Part shown: positions 12,797 to 23,900 of the stretch, one piece after another
Layout: each line of letters opens with the position of its first letter
Numbering within the stretch: position 1 is the first letter of the stretch
Assembly (NCBI GenBank): GCA_973895155.1
Contig: OZ316897.1
Coordinates: 6,624,470 to 6,688,469, forward strand
Length of the DNA stretch: 64,000 nt
DNA from: Marsupella aquatica
Lineage: Eukaryota > Plantae > Marchantiophyta
Reading direction: 5' to 3'
Program-made: the position numbers and the translations under genes
The notes under the pieces: generated by a model
Database searches by the model: none
Told to the model about the DNA's origin: nothing
The model's input: only the letters and a program-made list of their open reading frames with translations

Positions 12797-14135
12797 CAAA
12801 ATGGTACTTTGGATGGGCCCAAAAGTATATTGGGAAAAAATATGCATCTTAACTTTTGGTGGGTTATGAAAAAAAATTGCATTTGGAGTTCCATTAAGTT
12901 TATGGTATTAGTTTTGATTTGATATGTTTTAAGCCAAGATATTACACGTCTTCCAAATGAAAATGTTCACCTATCTCAAAAGGTGGAGCTCATAGGACAA
13001 TAGTCAAAAGGTGCAGCTGAGGGTGGCTTTGCGAGACGTTGGGGGCAGTTTCCACATTTTTTTGTCTCCAAGATCTGATCAGAGCCATCCATTTGAGAGA
13101 AACTGCTGCTGTTCACTTTACAAAACGTTGGGGGCACTTTCAACCAAACCTATTACCAATCCTACATGGAATGCAGTTTGGCCCAATTTTTGCTTATGTG
13201 GAGGAGTCTTTTGTCCTAGATTTCAGATCTTCTGGCTTGGTGCTCTCTTCTTCTGGCTTGGTGCTCTCTTCTTCTGGCTGCTTGGTCTATTTCTATTTTA
13301 AGTCATTTACATTAAAAAGGGACCCACAAGTCCTTCATAATGTATTCTCTTCTCGCATTTACAAATACTTTAGCCAAAGATTATTTGACATTCAGGTGGA
13401 GTGGGCCCTCACTCTGTCTTTTAGTCAATTAATCTGGCACCATTGGTTGCACTTGCATTAGCTTTACAAGACCTTGCGGGCAATAAAAGGATTCAAAAAA
13501 TGCTTTTAGCCCCGGGACACTATATTAAATGTGTGCAATGGCCCTCCAGTTTGCTTTGGTTTAAAAAACTCCCAAGAGCCCCCACCTCTTGTAAAGTACT
13601 CCTGATTACTACTAGTACAGCATGGCCGAGCGAAGGTCTTTCTTCAACTTCATATTTTGCACTCCTTGCAGAGTAAAATTCCAAACCCGTCTGACCACCT
13701 TGGAGATGTCGCACCCGCGTCTTGGAATGATCAAGAAGAACTATTATATCTAATAAATAAAATGATGAATATATAGTTCAGGCTTGTACTTTGGTTTACA
13801 TGACCTCGTTTTCTTCAAGCATCTAAATGCTAAATCATCAACACACATGCAAGTCAACCGAGCGAGGGAGTTCCAGTTGGACTTCTCAGGAACAAATTTT
13901 GCCCTCATGAAATGTACCAAAAACAGGATACACATGCAGAAGCCGTAGCATGCGCAGATGTCGTCAAATTTGCAGTACTCTCGGATGGCAACGGACCACA
14001 GCAAATATTTTTGAAATAATAGTTTCAAGCAGAGAGTGGCGCATTGCGCTGGAGGGGCTCACTGAGGAACGATGGTGGCGGCAGAGAAAGATGCTGCTCT
14101 TCGAACCGCTTCTGCTGCTTATAGGTGCCCCATAT

Positions 14136-15275
14136 TTAAGACACAAAACTCCACATTGTGAGAACTATGGCCAGTATTTTGTAGCCACTCATGGAATCGT
14201 GGAAACAGATGACGGCAGCAATTGCAGTGACAGGAACTCTGCCGACATTGAGCACTCCTGCGAGCAAAGCAGAAGCCAAGTAGAGACAGCCCACGCTTCC
14301 TAGGATTCCTAGCTGATACGTGATTGCGGACCATGCGAACACTTCGTAATATTCTCCGGGGCCGTGTTCGAAGTGTCGCGCTTGATCGTGGACTTTTTGA
14401 AAGTCCCCGGCGATGAGGATGCCACTGGTAGTAAATAATGTGGCGAAGACGGAGGTGGCAGTCTGTGCTTCCAACGCTACCCGGAAAGACTTTCTACCCA
14501 ACAAGGTGATGAAGAGCAACTCCGACAGTGTGAAAATGAGCCCATGCATTGCAGACCCGGCTATCGTGAGCACAAACCCAATGACATATTCTCCTGATGT
14601 TACACCAGAAGGACGATCCGAATTCGAATCCAGGCCTAGGATGACAGCCGCAGTCGTCATGACGGCCACGGAATTGAGGGTGGAAGAATTGAACTTTTGT
14701 CCCACGATGAAGTAGGCAAGAATGGCAGTGAATATCAAGGAGGTGGAAGACAGCAAAGCCGACGTAGATGCAGAGAGATATGCGTATGCCCATGCGAACA
14801 TCAGATTATCAGCCACGCTTAGTAAGCCTAGAATTGCATACGCAAAGGTGACCTGCCATGTCAGTGGGGTTGGGTACTCACCTTCTATCAAACAGAATAT
14901 GAGGAGAAATCCAGCAGTGATGGGCCATCCTGCGGCCGCAAGCCAAGAGATAAGCCACTTACTGGTGCCTCCATCGACATAGTAATGTCTGGTGAGAATG
15001 CCGGCGGCAGGAAAGGCCGTCATCATCGCAGCACAGCTTAGAAACAAGAGCACCCAGTAGCTCAGGTTCCTCTTCTTTACCATCTTCCTCCAGGATACCA
15101 GCTGCTCTCGAACAAACCCATCGTTGCTCTCCAGAAGAGACGACGGCGACTCAGGGCAATTCACGGGACCTGCCCACGCTATCTCCAGCGATTCGTCCGG
15201 TGTACTCTGGGATCCTTTCTCGCCTTCAGCACTTATTGGTAGATCATCTCTCCGATTTGAATCCCGGGAAGTCAT
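14136..15275 (-). CDS. PUP: Purine permease (PUP family, PUP5-like; DMT superfamily), intronless, 379 aa as read; probable premature stop (homologous frame continues to 14025)
   Basis: PUP motifs are present: 'LTRHYYVDGGTSKWLISWLAAAGWP', 'DNLMFAWAYAYLSASTSALLSSTSLIFTAILAYFIVGQKFN', 'DRPSGVTSGEYVIGF', 'SALLAGVLN..VP....AVICFHD.MSG.K', with ~10 hydrophobic segments. The first ATG is at 15275 (the ORF track start at 15311 is a TTG). Confidence 0.92.
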   Translation of the reverse strand: MTSRDSNRRDDLPISAEGEKGSQSTPDESLEIAWAGPVNCPESPSSLLESNDGFVREQLVSWRKMVKKRNLSYWVLLFLSCAAMMTAFPAAGILTRHYYVDGGTSKWLISWLAAAGWPITAGFLLIFCLIEGEYPTPLTWQVTFAYAILGLLSVADNLMFAWAYAYLSASTSALLSSTSLIFTAILAYFIVGQKFNSSTLNSVAVMTTAAVILGLDSNSDRPSGVTSGEYVIGFVLTIAGSAMHGLIFTLSELLFITLLGRKSFRVALEAQTATSVFATLFTTSGILIAGDFQKVHDQARHFEHGPGEYYEVFAWSAITYQLGILGSVGCLYLASALLAGVLNVGRVPVTAIAAVICFHDSMSGYKILAIVLTMWSFVS

Positions 15276-16240
15276 TGTGGAATCCTCAGGAAGCGAACCC
15301 TGCCCGGCCAACGTCCTAATTTATTTGGTTTCGGTTTACTAGACTACATCGTCAGCAAGTCTTCAATGAACGAAACACCACTTGCCTGATTGACAAATGC
15401 AGAAAACTCTTAGACAAACAAGAATCAAGTTCCAATTGCCAGGTACCGCCAGCAAAGTTAGAACAGCAAGAAAGAAAACACAAATTGGCTCGATCCCGGG
15501 AAATTCAAAGAGACAAAAGGGAATTCAATGTGGGAGAACCCACCACTCTGTTGGAGAAATCCATAGCCGTTCGACCCGTCTAGAGTTGCAATTAACGTTT
15601 GCTCTCAAAGGGGACCCTGCAGGCACTGGCTCCCAATGATGAACTCGTAAGCTAGTAACACCAATGCCCCTACCACTGGTCGCGAATTGTTCCATCTCGT
15701 CCATGCATAGCTGCCAATCTCACGAGAACTGTTGCTTACCAAAACTGGCATTCTGAGTCCTTCATCGTGGGCCCCTCAATGTTATTTGTTTCCTCAAATT
15801 TCCCCTTTGATCTGTGCTGATTGCATTCATCACGGGCCCATCTGCCCACATTCAGTTATCTCCATAGGCAATGATATGCAGTAACGTTGATAACCACGAG
15901 TAAACACTGACAGTCAGAGTAGCACAGCACACCAATTAAATCTTTCATTGAGTTAGCTCGATGATCTCAACTCAATTGAGTTAGCATTTGAATATCCTGA
16001 TGAAGGCTCGCGAAGTGGAGACACAGGATAGTGGCGATAAATACCGTAAAAGTAAGCATCTTGTGTCTGGCCCGAAAAAGCACAAAACCCAAAGTACGTA
16101 CAAGAAAGGAAGACAAACGCGCTGATTAGGGGATTGGGATTTGGGAGGGCGTGACAAAGCAATTTGTTTATTGGGGTGTATAATTATGATGCACAATCAT
16201 CGGGAACATCACTCATCCTTGTACTGTATTACTAGAACTG

Positions 16241-17426
16241 TACTACACAAACGCAGAAATCCCGTGCTAATAATGAGGGACACCAACACTTGTGAGATAC
16301 AGTGCAGTAGCTGGCGATCCAAAATGGGTACCGAACTACATGTAGTCTATCATGTATCACAGTGCCCAAGGACAAAGTGTCCCATATACTCGTGCAAGCA
16401 CAAAAAAGACAGGTCCCAAAGGCAAAGTAACCCAAAAGGCAAAGTAACCCAATAGAGGGAAGAGTGAGAGTAAAAAGGTCACAAAAGACCAAAGAGGCCT
16501 AACAAGTCAAGGGGTCCCCACAGCAAAAGGAAACAACCATCAAAAGATTTCACTAAATGGTTTATTAGACTAACACCCTACTCGCATAGAACTGAAAAGT
16601 TTTTTATTTAATTAAAAAATTTTGGAATAACCATGGGTAGAAAGAAACTCTTCAACTATTGTAATATTTATCAAGATAATGTAAGAAATTATTCGGTTAC
16701 TGTGGAAAAAGGAACACCAAGGGAACATAAAAAAACCCTTAGACTACTATGGATATTGAATGAATACCAAATGAATGTAATTAATAAACACTTTTGGCTT
16801 CTATAGCATTTTGTATGGACTCTATGGACATAGGAATACCAAGTGACTGTTGTGCATGCTTTTTTTCCATGGATAATTTGTTTTTTCATCTCCATATTTA
16901 AACCTATATCAATATGCAACTCTTCATGTGTTTTAACTTAGTTATTGAATAACATCAAATTTTTATAACCAAGAGGTACTAGAACTAATTTTCTGTTTTT
17001 TTTTGTAAGATTGGATTTTTGTTACTTAATTAGATGTTTTGTGCTTAGATTGTTTTATCGGTATGGGTTCCTTGGCCCAGCTCCCAACAGAATAATCATG
17101 TAAGAACGTTGGGCACCCTGAAGAGCAACCATACTTGGCCGTGTAGACAAGTAAGGAAATCGCTTGTCCACGAGTCTGCTCTGATTCTTTCAAGACTGAC
17201 AGAATTAGAGAAAGAAAAGGACGATCGGGTGACTCCCATGGAAGCAATTAAATAGAGCCTGGCATGGACTGCTGGAGTGGTGTAGACAATCGCAAGCTTC
17301 TAGAGAACCTTAGCCAGTCGTGGCCTTGGGAGCATAAGAGAAAGCGGGAGAAAAGAAACCAAAGAAATTGCACCAAGAATAGTTGAAAACGAGCTTGTCC
17401 CGCCCGTGACAGTTTTTTTTGTAGTG
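16241..17426. mobile_element. Possible non-autonomous CACTA-type element
   Basis: The right end ...GTGACAGTTTTTTTTTGTAGTG (17426) is the reverse complement of CACTACAAAA. The left end TACTACACAAAC (16241) has C>T at position 1. ACTG flanks both ends, and the interior is AT-rich. Confidence 0.35.
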
Positions 17427-17649
17427 ACTGATTTCAATTGCTCATAACGTTGTTAGTTCTAGACTAAAATTGACATTTTTTGGCATTGAGCAGCGGATTT
17501 CCAAGGGCTTTCCATTGCACCTGAAGAAGTTTACTACTGTTGTGTAGTAAATGAGTACTAACATAAAATCACAATTTGCGTGAGATACAAAAGTAATAAG
17601 AAAACAGTGCAAATTCCTATCAAAGGCCACAAAAGGAAGCAAAACGAAT

Positions 17650-17980
17650 ATTAAGTGCATGGATAGAAGAAGCGCTTGCTTGTGTGGAGTACAAGGTACA
17701 TGTGCCCTGGTCGCTCTATTGAGGAAAGAATGATACCCTTCTATCATCAGCTGCTGGATCTGACTAAGATAATGTCTATGGTTCAGATTTGGCCATCCAG
17801 CGTCAGGGTTCTCATTCAACATAAAATGAGACCTGTATTCCCAGAACAGAACATCTTCAATTCACCTTCTTGGAGGACCAGATGGACATATGGAGCGCAG
17901 CTAGTATTGTTCGATTTGATAGTGACCTCCATACCATTTTGCAATTCGTTGAAGAATGGATCTTCCGCGTTCCGAGGTGT
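17650..17980 (-). pseudogene. Unassigned coding fragment, weak beta-trefoil-like pattern
   Basis: The minus frame reads 'RNAEDPFFNELQNGMEVTIKSNNTSCAPYVHLVLQEGELKMFCSGNTG...KGIILSSIERPGHMYLV', with stops or a possible intron in between. Confidence 0.2.
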
Positions 17981-18325
17981 TCACTAAGTACTTACAGATT
18001 CCTAATTAAAGCAGACGGAAATTTATCCGTCTTTAAATGTCATCCATAGAGCCCTCCAGGACATTCACATAATCCTTTGACTTCTCTTTAGTGTCAGCAT
18101 TGTAAATTCTATTTCAGACCGAACGTTGATGTGCTGGGTCCATCGGGGCTTCAAGTACTGGCAATATCCATTGTTTGTCATTCCTTGGAAAAAATTGTTT
18201 TAATTAATCTTTTGTAAATTAATTATGGGTTTAGGGTTTGTAAATTAATTATGGGTGTGTTATTACTAGCTCGGAGTGCAAAATTTTTCCTGCATTTGTG
18301 CTACCTTTTGTCTTTTTTCTATTAA

Positions 18326-18530
18326 ACCACACCTGCCACTATAAAAGTCTCATTCCATTGCTCACTACTCACCATAAAAGGTGGAACACTAGTACCTTTT
18401 GTGGAGTACTTGTCAAAAAAATCTTTTGCAGTCAGCATTTTTTGTGGAGTTCAAAACCCATTTCTGAACTTGTACTCTTCAGAATGAGAGCTACGGGTTA
18501 CCCGTAGCCCTTTATAGGGGCAGCTGTGGT
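18326..18530. mobile_element. 205-bp MITE flanked by TTAA on both sides (piggyBac-like)
   Basis: TTAA(18322-25)|ACCACACCTGCCACTATAAA ... TTTATAGGGGCAGCTGTGGT|TTAA(18531-34). The TIRs are ~20 bp with 2 mismatches. A subterminal near-perfect palindrome GCTACGGGTTACCCGTAGC lies at 18490-18508. Confidence 0.6.
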
Positions 18531-18539
18531 TTAAGGTTT

Positions 18540-20330
18540 CTTCTCTCCTATTTGTTGGTTGCTACCATGGTGTACAATACCCATTACTGGTAGCCCAACT
18601 TCCACTCCTTGGATTCCCATAGTGACTTGTCACGGAGCAATCTTAATGTCCTGCTTAAAGCATCCATTTCTCGTATTCAATCTTAATGTCCTGCTTAAAG
18701 CATCCATTTCTCGTGTTCTTTGATGAAATCTGAAAAACTATCATGCTTCAAAGAGATCTCTCGCACATCTCACGACAAACACCATCAAGTTGCAGCTTGC
18801 CAAGCTGATGCTGAACAGATAGTCTAGAGGACCAACATCCTTTTGTGTGTCAACAAACTGATTCTTGAACACTCACTTTCTCCTCCCTACCCATGACTAA
18901 TGCCTTCTCTTTGACCCTCCTTCCCATCCACTTTGCCATCCACACAACTTTAGTCTTTCCTCCATCCTGCAACATGTAGTTTCTCTTTCAACTCTCTTTT
19001 TCACATCGACTCTTTCCTGTCAACCATCTTCAGTTTGACAACACTGCTATACCAAGAGAAGAACTTGGGTAAAACTTGTCGTTGGTAAGAGGGACCTTGA
19101 TTGTTCAGAACCAAAGACTGTCCTTACAAAATCCCAGTTTACCAAACCACCACTTTACCAACTGGCTGTGTATTGAGCCCAGGATTCACTTTGGGCAATC
19201 CTGAAAGAATACACACTTGCTGGGGGATGCTACAGTCGCTTTTGGCTTCAAATCCTGTCCCAAGTTATAGTAAAACGTAGTCGTTATAACGCCAACTCCA
19301 ACACCCACACTAGAAGTGACTGATCTCCCACACTAGAACTAAACTCATTGATTATAAACTCCAACACTTACAATACAACTACATGATCTCCCACACTAGA
19401 ACTGAACTCATTGATTATAATGCCAGAACTGGCTGCCTGAATCCCATACAAAAACTGAACTCATTGATTATAATGCGAACTCCAACACCCACACTAGAAC
19501 TGGCTGATCTCTCACACTAGAACTGAACTCATTGGTTCTGATGTCACCTCTAACACCCAAACTAGAACGCTGATCTCCCACACTAGAAGTGAACTCACTG
19601 ATTATAATGTCAACTCCAGTACCCAAACTAGAACGGCTGATCTCCCACACTAGAACTGAACTCATTGATTGTAATGTCACCTCCAACACCTAAACTAGAT
19701 CGGCTGATCCCCCACAGTAGAATTAAACTCATTGTTTATTATGTTAACTTCAACACCCATACTAGAACTGGCTGAACTCCCACATCAGAACTGAACCCAT
19801 TGACTATAATGCCAAGTGCAACACCCATACTAGAACTGGCTGAACTCCCACATCAGAACTGAACCCATTGACTATAATGCCAAGTGCAACACCCACACTA
19901 GAATTGGCTGATCTCCAACACTAGAACTGACCTCATTGATTATAATGCCAACTCCCAACAGCCCCACGAGAACAGACTCATCTGGAGTTGAAGTCTCAAC
20001 AAGACAATTATTCCAATCATCTCCTCGTTTGTTTAGTCATCCATCCCAATTTTCATACAGTTCAGTCCAAGGACTTTATCGTGTAAATTCATCAAGGGAA
20101 GACCATGTCTGGCAACAATGACCTTGAAAATGTTGATCACCACTTAAACCACCACTGGCCATATGAAAGGAGAAGTGTCCAAGATTCTCCCTTTTTCACA
20201 TTCCTCTCTACTAGGATGAGACTTTGCTCTACAATTTCAGGAAAAAGGTAATAAAAATGTTGAAACCTGGTGCATCCAGGTTTTGTCATGGACAGTGGCG
20301 CTTTAACAAGGCATGACTATCTCGTCATGA
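18540..20330 (+). mobile_element. Highly degenerate Copia-like retrotransposon relic
   Basis: CpG-depleted. There is a 39-bp duplication at ~18639-18715 and faint gag-like residues ('FFDEI...KEI'). After the tandem array, 'HPSQFSYSS..LYRVNSSREDHVWQQ' resembles the Copia pre-RT 'P.SY.EA....WQQAM' segment. Confidence 0.3.
19290..19960. repeat. ~68-bp tandem repeat, ~10 copies
   Basis: Unit ~caacacccacactagaactggctgatctcccacactagaactgaactcattgattataatgccaactc. The period is 68 bp between 19751 and 19819. Each unit contains cccacactagaactg twice. Confidence 0.95.
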
Positions 20331-20990
20331 AGGATTGCACATTGAATATCCAAGTCGTTTCTAAAGCCCAGGGTGGACTTTCTCTTTGTATATGTACTGT
20401 GCTTCATCTCCTATAAACCACAGTACAGCCTGGAAAGCGTCTTCTGCTTTTGTCTATTGTCCACCCTATGCTTCAAGCTCACTGCTTGAACCGGATAGAA
20501 ACCCTCAGGCACTTATATTCTGTACAGCACTCGCAACAGTGCTTTACTCTCCACATGATCTTGATCATTTTGAAGTAATGGACGGTGCTACATGTCATTG
20601 TCTAACAAGTCAAGAACTCAAACCCCAAAGATCCTCTAAGGTCGATCAAGTCGTTGAATATTCTTGGTGGGAAATTGCATGTGTCTGCCAATCCTGAAGG
20701 ACAATAGGAACAATTTTGTCAACAGGCGCATAGAAGTATGTTGGATAGTCGTACTTAAAACTTCCTACTGACTTCCACAGCGCTTGTTGCCACTATTTAT
20801 TACACTGGCCCAAAAGGAACACAGGCCAGAGGAAAACAAAAGATTTCAATCAAATATGAAAGTTTCCTGTTTGAAAGCCAAAGCGACCTAGAAAGTGCTA
20901 TCCTGTACAATCGTGATTCTATCATTAATAGTTCGCAAAATCATCCTGCAGGACTGCAAACACCTTGGCGGACTTTACACTTTTTTCAAG

Positions 20991-23900
20991 CTATTGCACT
21001 ACCTCCAAAGGCTTGAAAATGCTGAAATCTCCAAATTCGCGCCGCCCACTGTCAACAGATCAAGGGCAAGACAAGGTAAGGATTTGATCACATAGGGTCT
21101 TCGACAGTACCAGGTAGGCCAAATCAAACTTTGAAAACAAGGGACCCATGTTAGTTGTGACTATCACTGTATAGGTAAGGGTGGAACATTAGTTCCTAAA
21201 TTCACAGTCCAAAAGCAAGTACGTCTTTGTAAAGAAAGCCTATGCAGGAATCATCTAAGCCAGCAAGATACATACGGACATGCGTGACCGGAACTCGTCT
21301 CAATTTTGAATCCACCTAGAAAGCAAGAATGAATGAACATATGGTTTTTAAGATCAAGGCTCTCCTGTCAGCACGGTTTTTTATATTGGGCCAAATTCTC
21401 TTGCTTGAATTTGAGTGTTGCAATTTTTGCAAGGAACAGAACAGATATTCCTTTCAGGCACAAGTCCACTAGTATTCGGGGGGGCACAAACCTCCCTGCC
21501 AAACTTAACCCAATCGTACACAATAGACTTGAACCCCTGAACGCTTTCAAGCTACAGATCTCATCTACCCCTGCACCATATCTGATGTGTTAAGTTCCAA
21601 CGTAACCAAATTAAAACCTTACAAACCCTAAGACTGACCCAGATATTTTACAATAGAATCACCACCCCTAGTGAAGCTTCAGACAATAGATTCTTACGGT
21701 ACTCAAAGAATTCGAGTGAAAACAAGTCAAGGGGGAGAATCAAAAAGAACCTGTGCTCTATTTCCCATCCTAATGGTAGGAATGTAGGATGTATAGCATC
21801 CACAAACACCCTCCGCCACCGTTGACAGAACTTTAATATTTCTTCATCACCCTCGCGTTCTATCAATATCTCAACTACCAGTCTTCCATGAATTCCATGT
21901 CCCAAGAGTGACTCCTTTCTGCGAGCTTTGTGACGGCTGTGCTTCCTTTTAAATGAAGACTGGCTTTCCATCAGACCTGCATCACAATATTTGCCTTCCA
22001 CATTACTGCGTGCCAATATGTCTCTTATCTTTACCATTCAAAGAGCTGAAACCAGATTGGAGATTACTATGTGTACAGTGGAAAAGATCAGCCGAAACAG
22101 CTCTGTCTAATAGGTTGAACAACAGTAGATATAGTGCTTCGTTTTCCATCTTTTTGCAAGGATACAGAATTACCGGCTGCTTGGTTATTGGGATATTCAT
22201 TCCGAAGTTGATTTTTGTTTGGCGTTTCCACGGATCCAGCTGTGGCACCTTCTCCATTATTTAAACGGTTTTCCAACGCACGTCCATGCTCCTGTGGACC
22301 CGTGCTAAGTAGTAGAACAGAATGCAAATCACTCACTGAAATATTGTCTCTGCCATAATACGTCTGAACAACCTGTCAACAATTATGTACTGTCAGACAC
22401 AAACTTGCATTCCTGACCGGGAGAGAACATGTTTCCTCTCATCGAAGCGACGCTTATCAGCATACACACTGAACTTGATGGAGGATCCTGATAAGAAACT
22501 TGATACCCCCGCATCATAAGAACAGATATAGCAACTTCAAGTGCAGCAGGTCGTACATGGACCAAACCTTGGTTCTTAGAACCGCCTATCGATATGCTCT
22601 GTTGCCTACAGTACGGCTTTGGTATTGTAGTGTTCGAGACTAAAAGCTGATATTATCAAGCCATGCAAAGCAATATGTCAGGCTAAAGCCAAAGTGAACA
22701 GACTTGACCCCGACATACTTTTTCGAGTTCTGCTCGTCGCGGGGTTGGAATTGTTGATCCATGGCGCAAAAGAGCCATAGCCGCGTTTTTCAGTTGCAAT
22801 GGAGACACACCCCCTTCACTTTCACTATACACAACTGCTTTGGTCTGTCCGCCAATCATTCCTTCAGCACCTGTCACTTTAGCAAACAAAGGGATGCCAT
22901 ACTCCAACGCAATTTGTCGCTTGTACTTTTCGGCTGCTTTGTGTGCAATTTCATGACAGTCAACACAGAGGAGGACTATGTCATGTGAACGGTGACTTTT
23001 CAGATGCTCTGGGAAATGTTGTCGGTAGCAGGAAGGAATGATCCGATACCTAAGGTAATGACTACTTTCCCCACAACCAACACAATGGTTAGATTTGCTC
23101 TGAATATAGAAATCGTTGTCCTCGTATTCCGGTAGACCTTTTGGCTCAAACAGAAGCCTCACTGATGGTGGTTCCTCTTCCACATATTCTGCAAGCCCAC
23201 GTTTGACATACCTGCAAATACACCCTTGATTGGGTAAGCAGGGAGATCCAAAATAAAGCAACAACGGATGCCATTCTTGCTACTCTGTTTCTCTTACGAA
23301 AAACTCCAGCAAACCATCCTACATGAGGTAAATCCAAACGACTTCCCTCAACACTTCAGGTTAATGATAGCAAAACACTCTTTCAACATTGATCGTTCGC
23401 ATAGAGGTGACCAGAATCATATAAACTGCACCCATAAAAATGGTTCTTCACTGGAAAATTAAGAAGTGCATTAAAGAACTACTAACACAAAAGATCAACG
23501 ACAAACTTCTAAAAATGAAACCGGCTCGAGGCATTTTGCCCTTTTCAATGTTCAATATATTCATAGACTTTTCTAACAAAATATGCAGTTCCTATATTGT
23601 CCACGGCCTCGGCAAGATACGATCGATGGATCAACAAAAGAAGACCGAAATTTGATTCAAGAGGTCTAAAACTTTACCATTCAAGCTTTTTCCGGTCACA
23701 AAAGCAAAGCAAACGCCCATCATCAGAATAAATTCGACAGTTGTGATAAACGGGTGCTTTGCATGAGAACTTCTTAACAAATTGGATCCGAGACTTTTCT
23801 GTACTTGCTAGTCCCTGCCTCTTGGATGCCTTGTACTGCGAAGCGTTCACTAAGAATCCATCTTGAGATAGATGTTTATCATCTTCCCCCACGGTCCCAG

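Larger units (their letters stand above)
11070..13680. mobile_element. Degenerate CpG-depleted transposon relic interrupted by a solo LTR
   Basis: Abrupt compositional change and CpG loss. Internal tandem duplications occur (20-bp aagaagatagacccatgtgt x2 at ~11095/11120; 21-bp tcttctggcttggtgctctct at ~13228-13280). Reading frames are stop-ridden. Confidence 0.35.

Noticed and set aside
11490-12797. Several 60-90 aa ORFs
   Set aside because: They are by-products of GC-rich LTR sequence with no gag/pol motifs.
15276-15311. PUP N-terminal extension in the ORF track
   Set aside because: It starts at TTG. The first ATG is at 15275.
19290-19960. Possible CRISPR-like array
   Set aside because: The whole unit repeats with no unique spacers, there are no cas genes, and the context is eukaryotic. 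It is a minisatellite.
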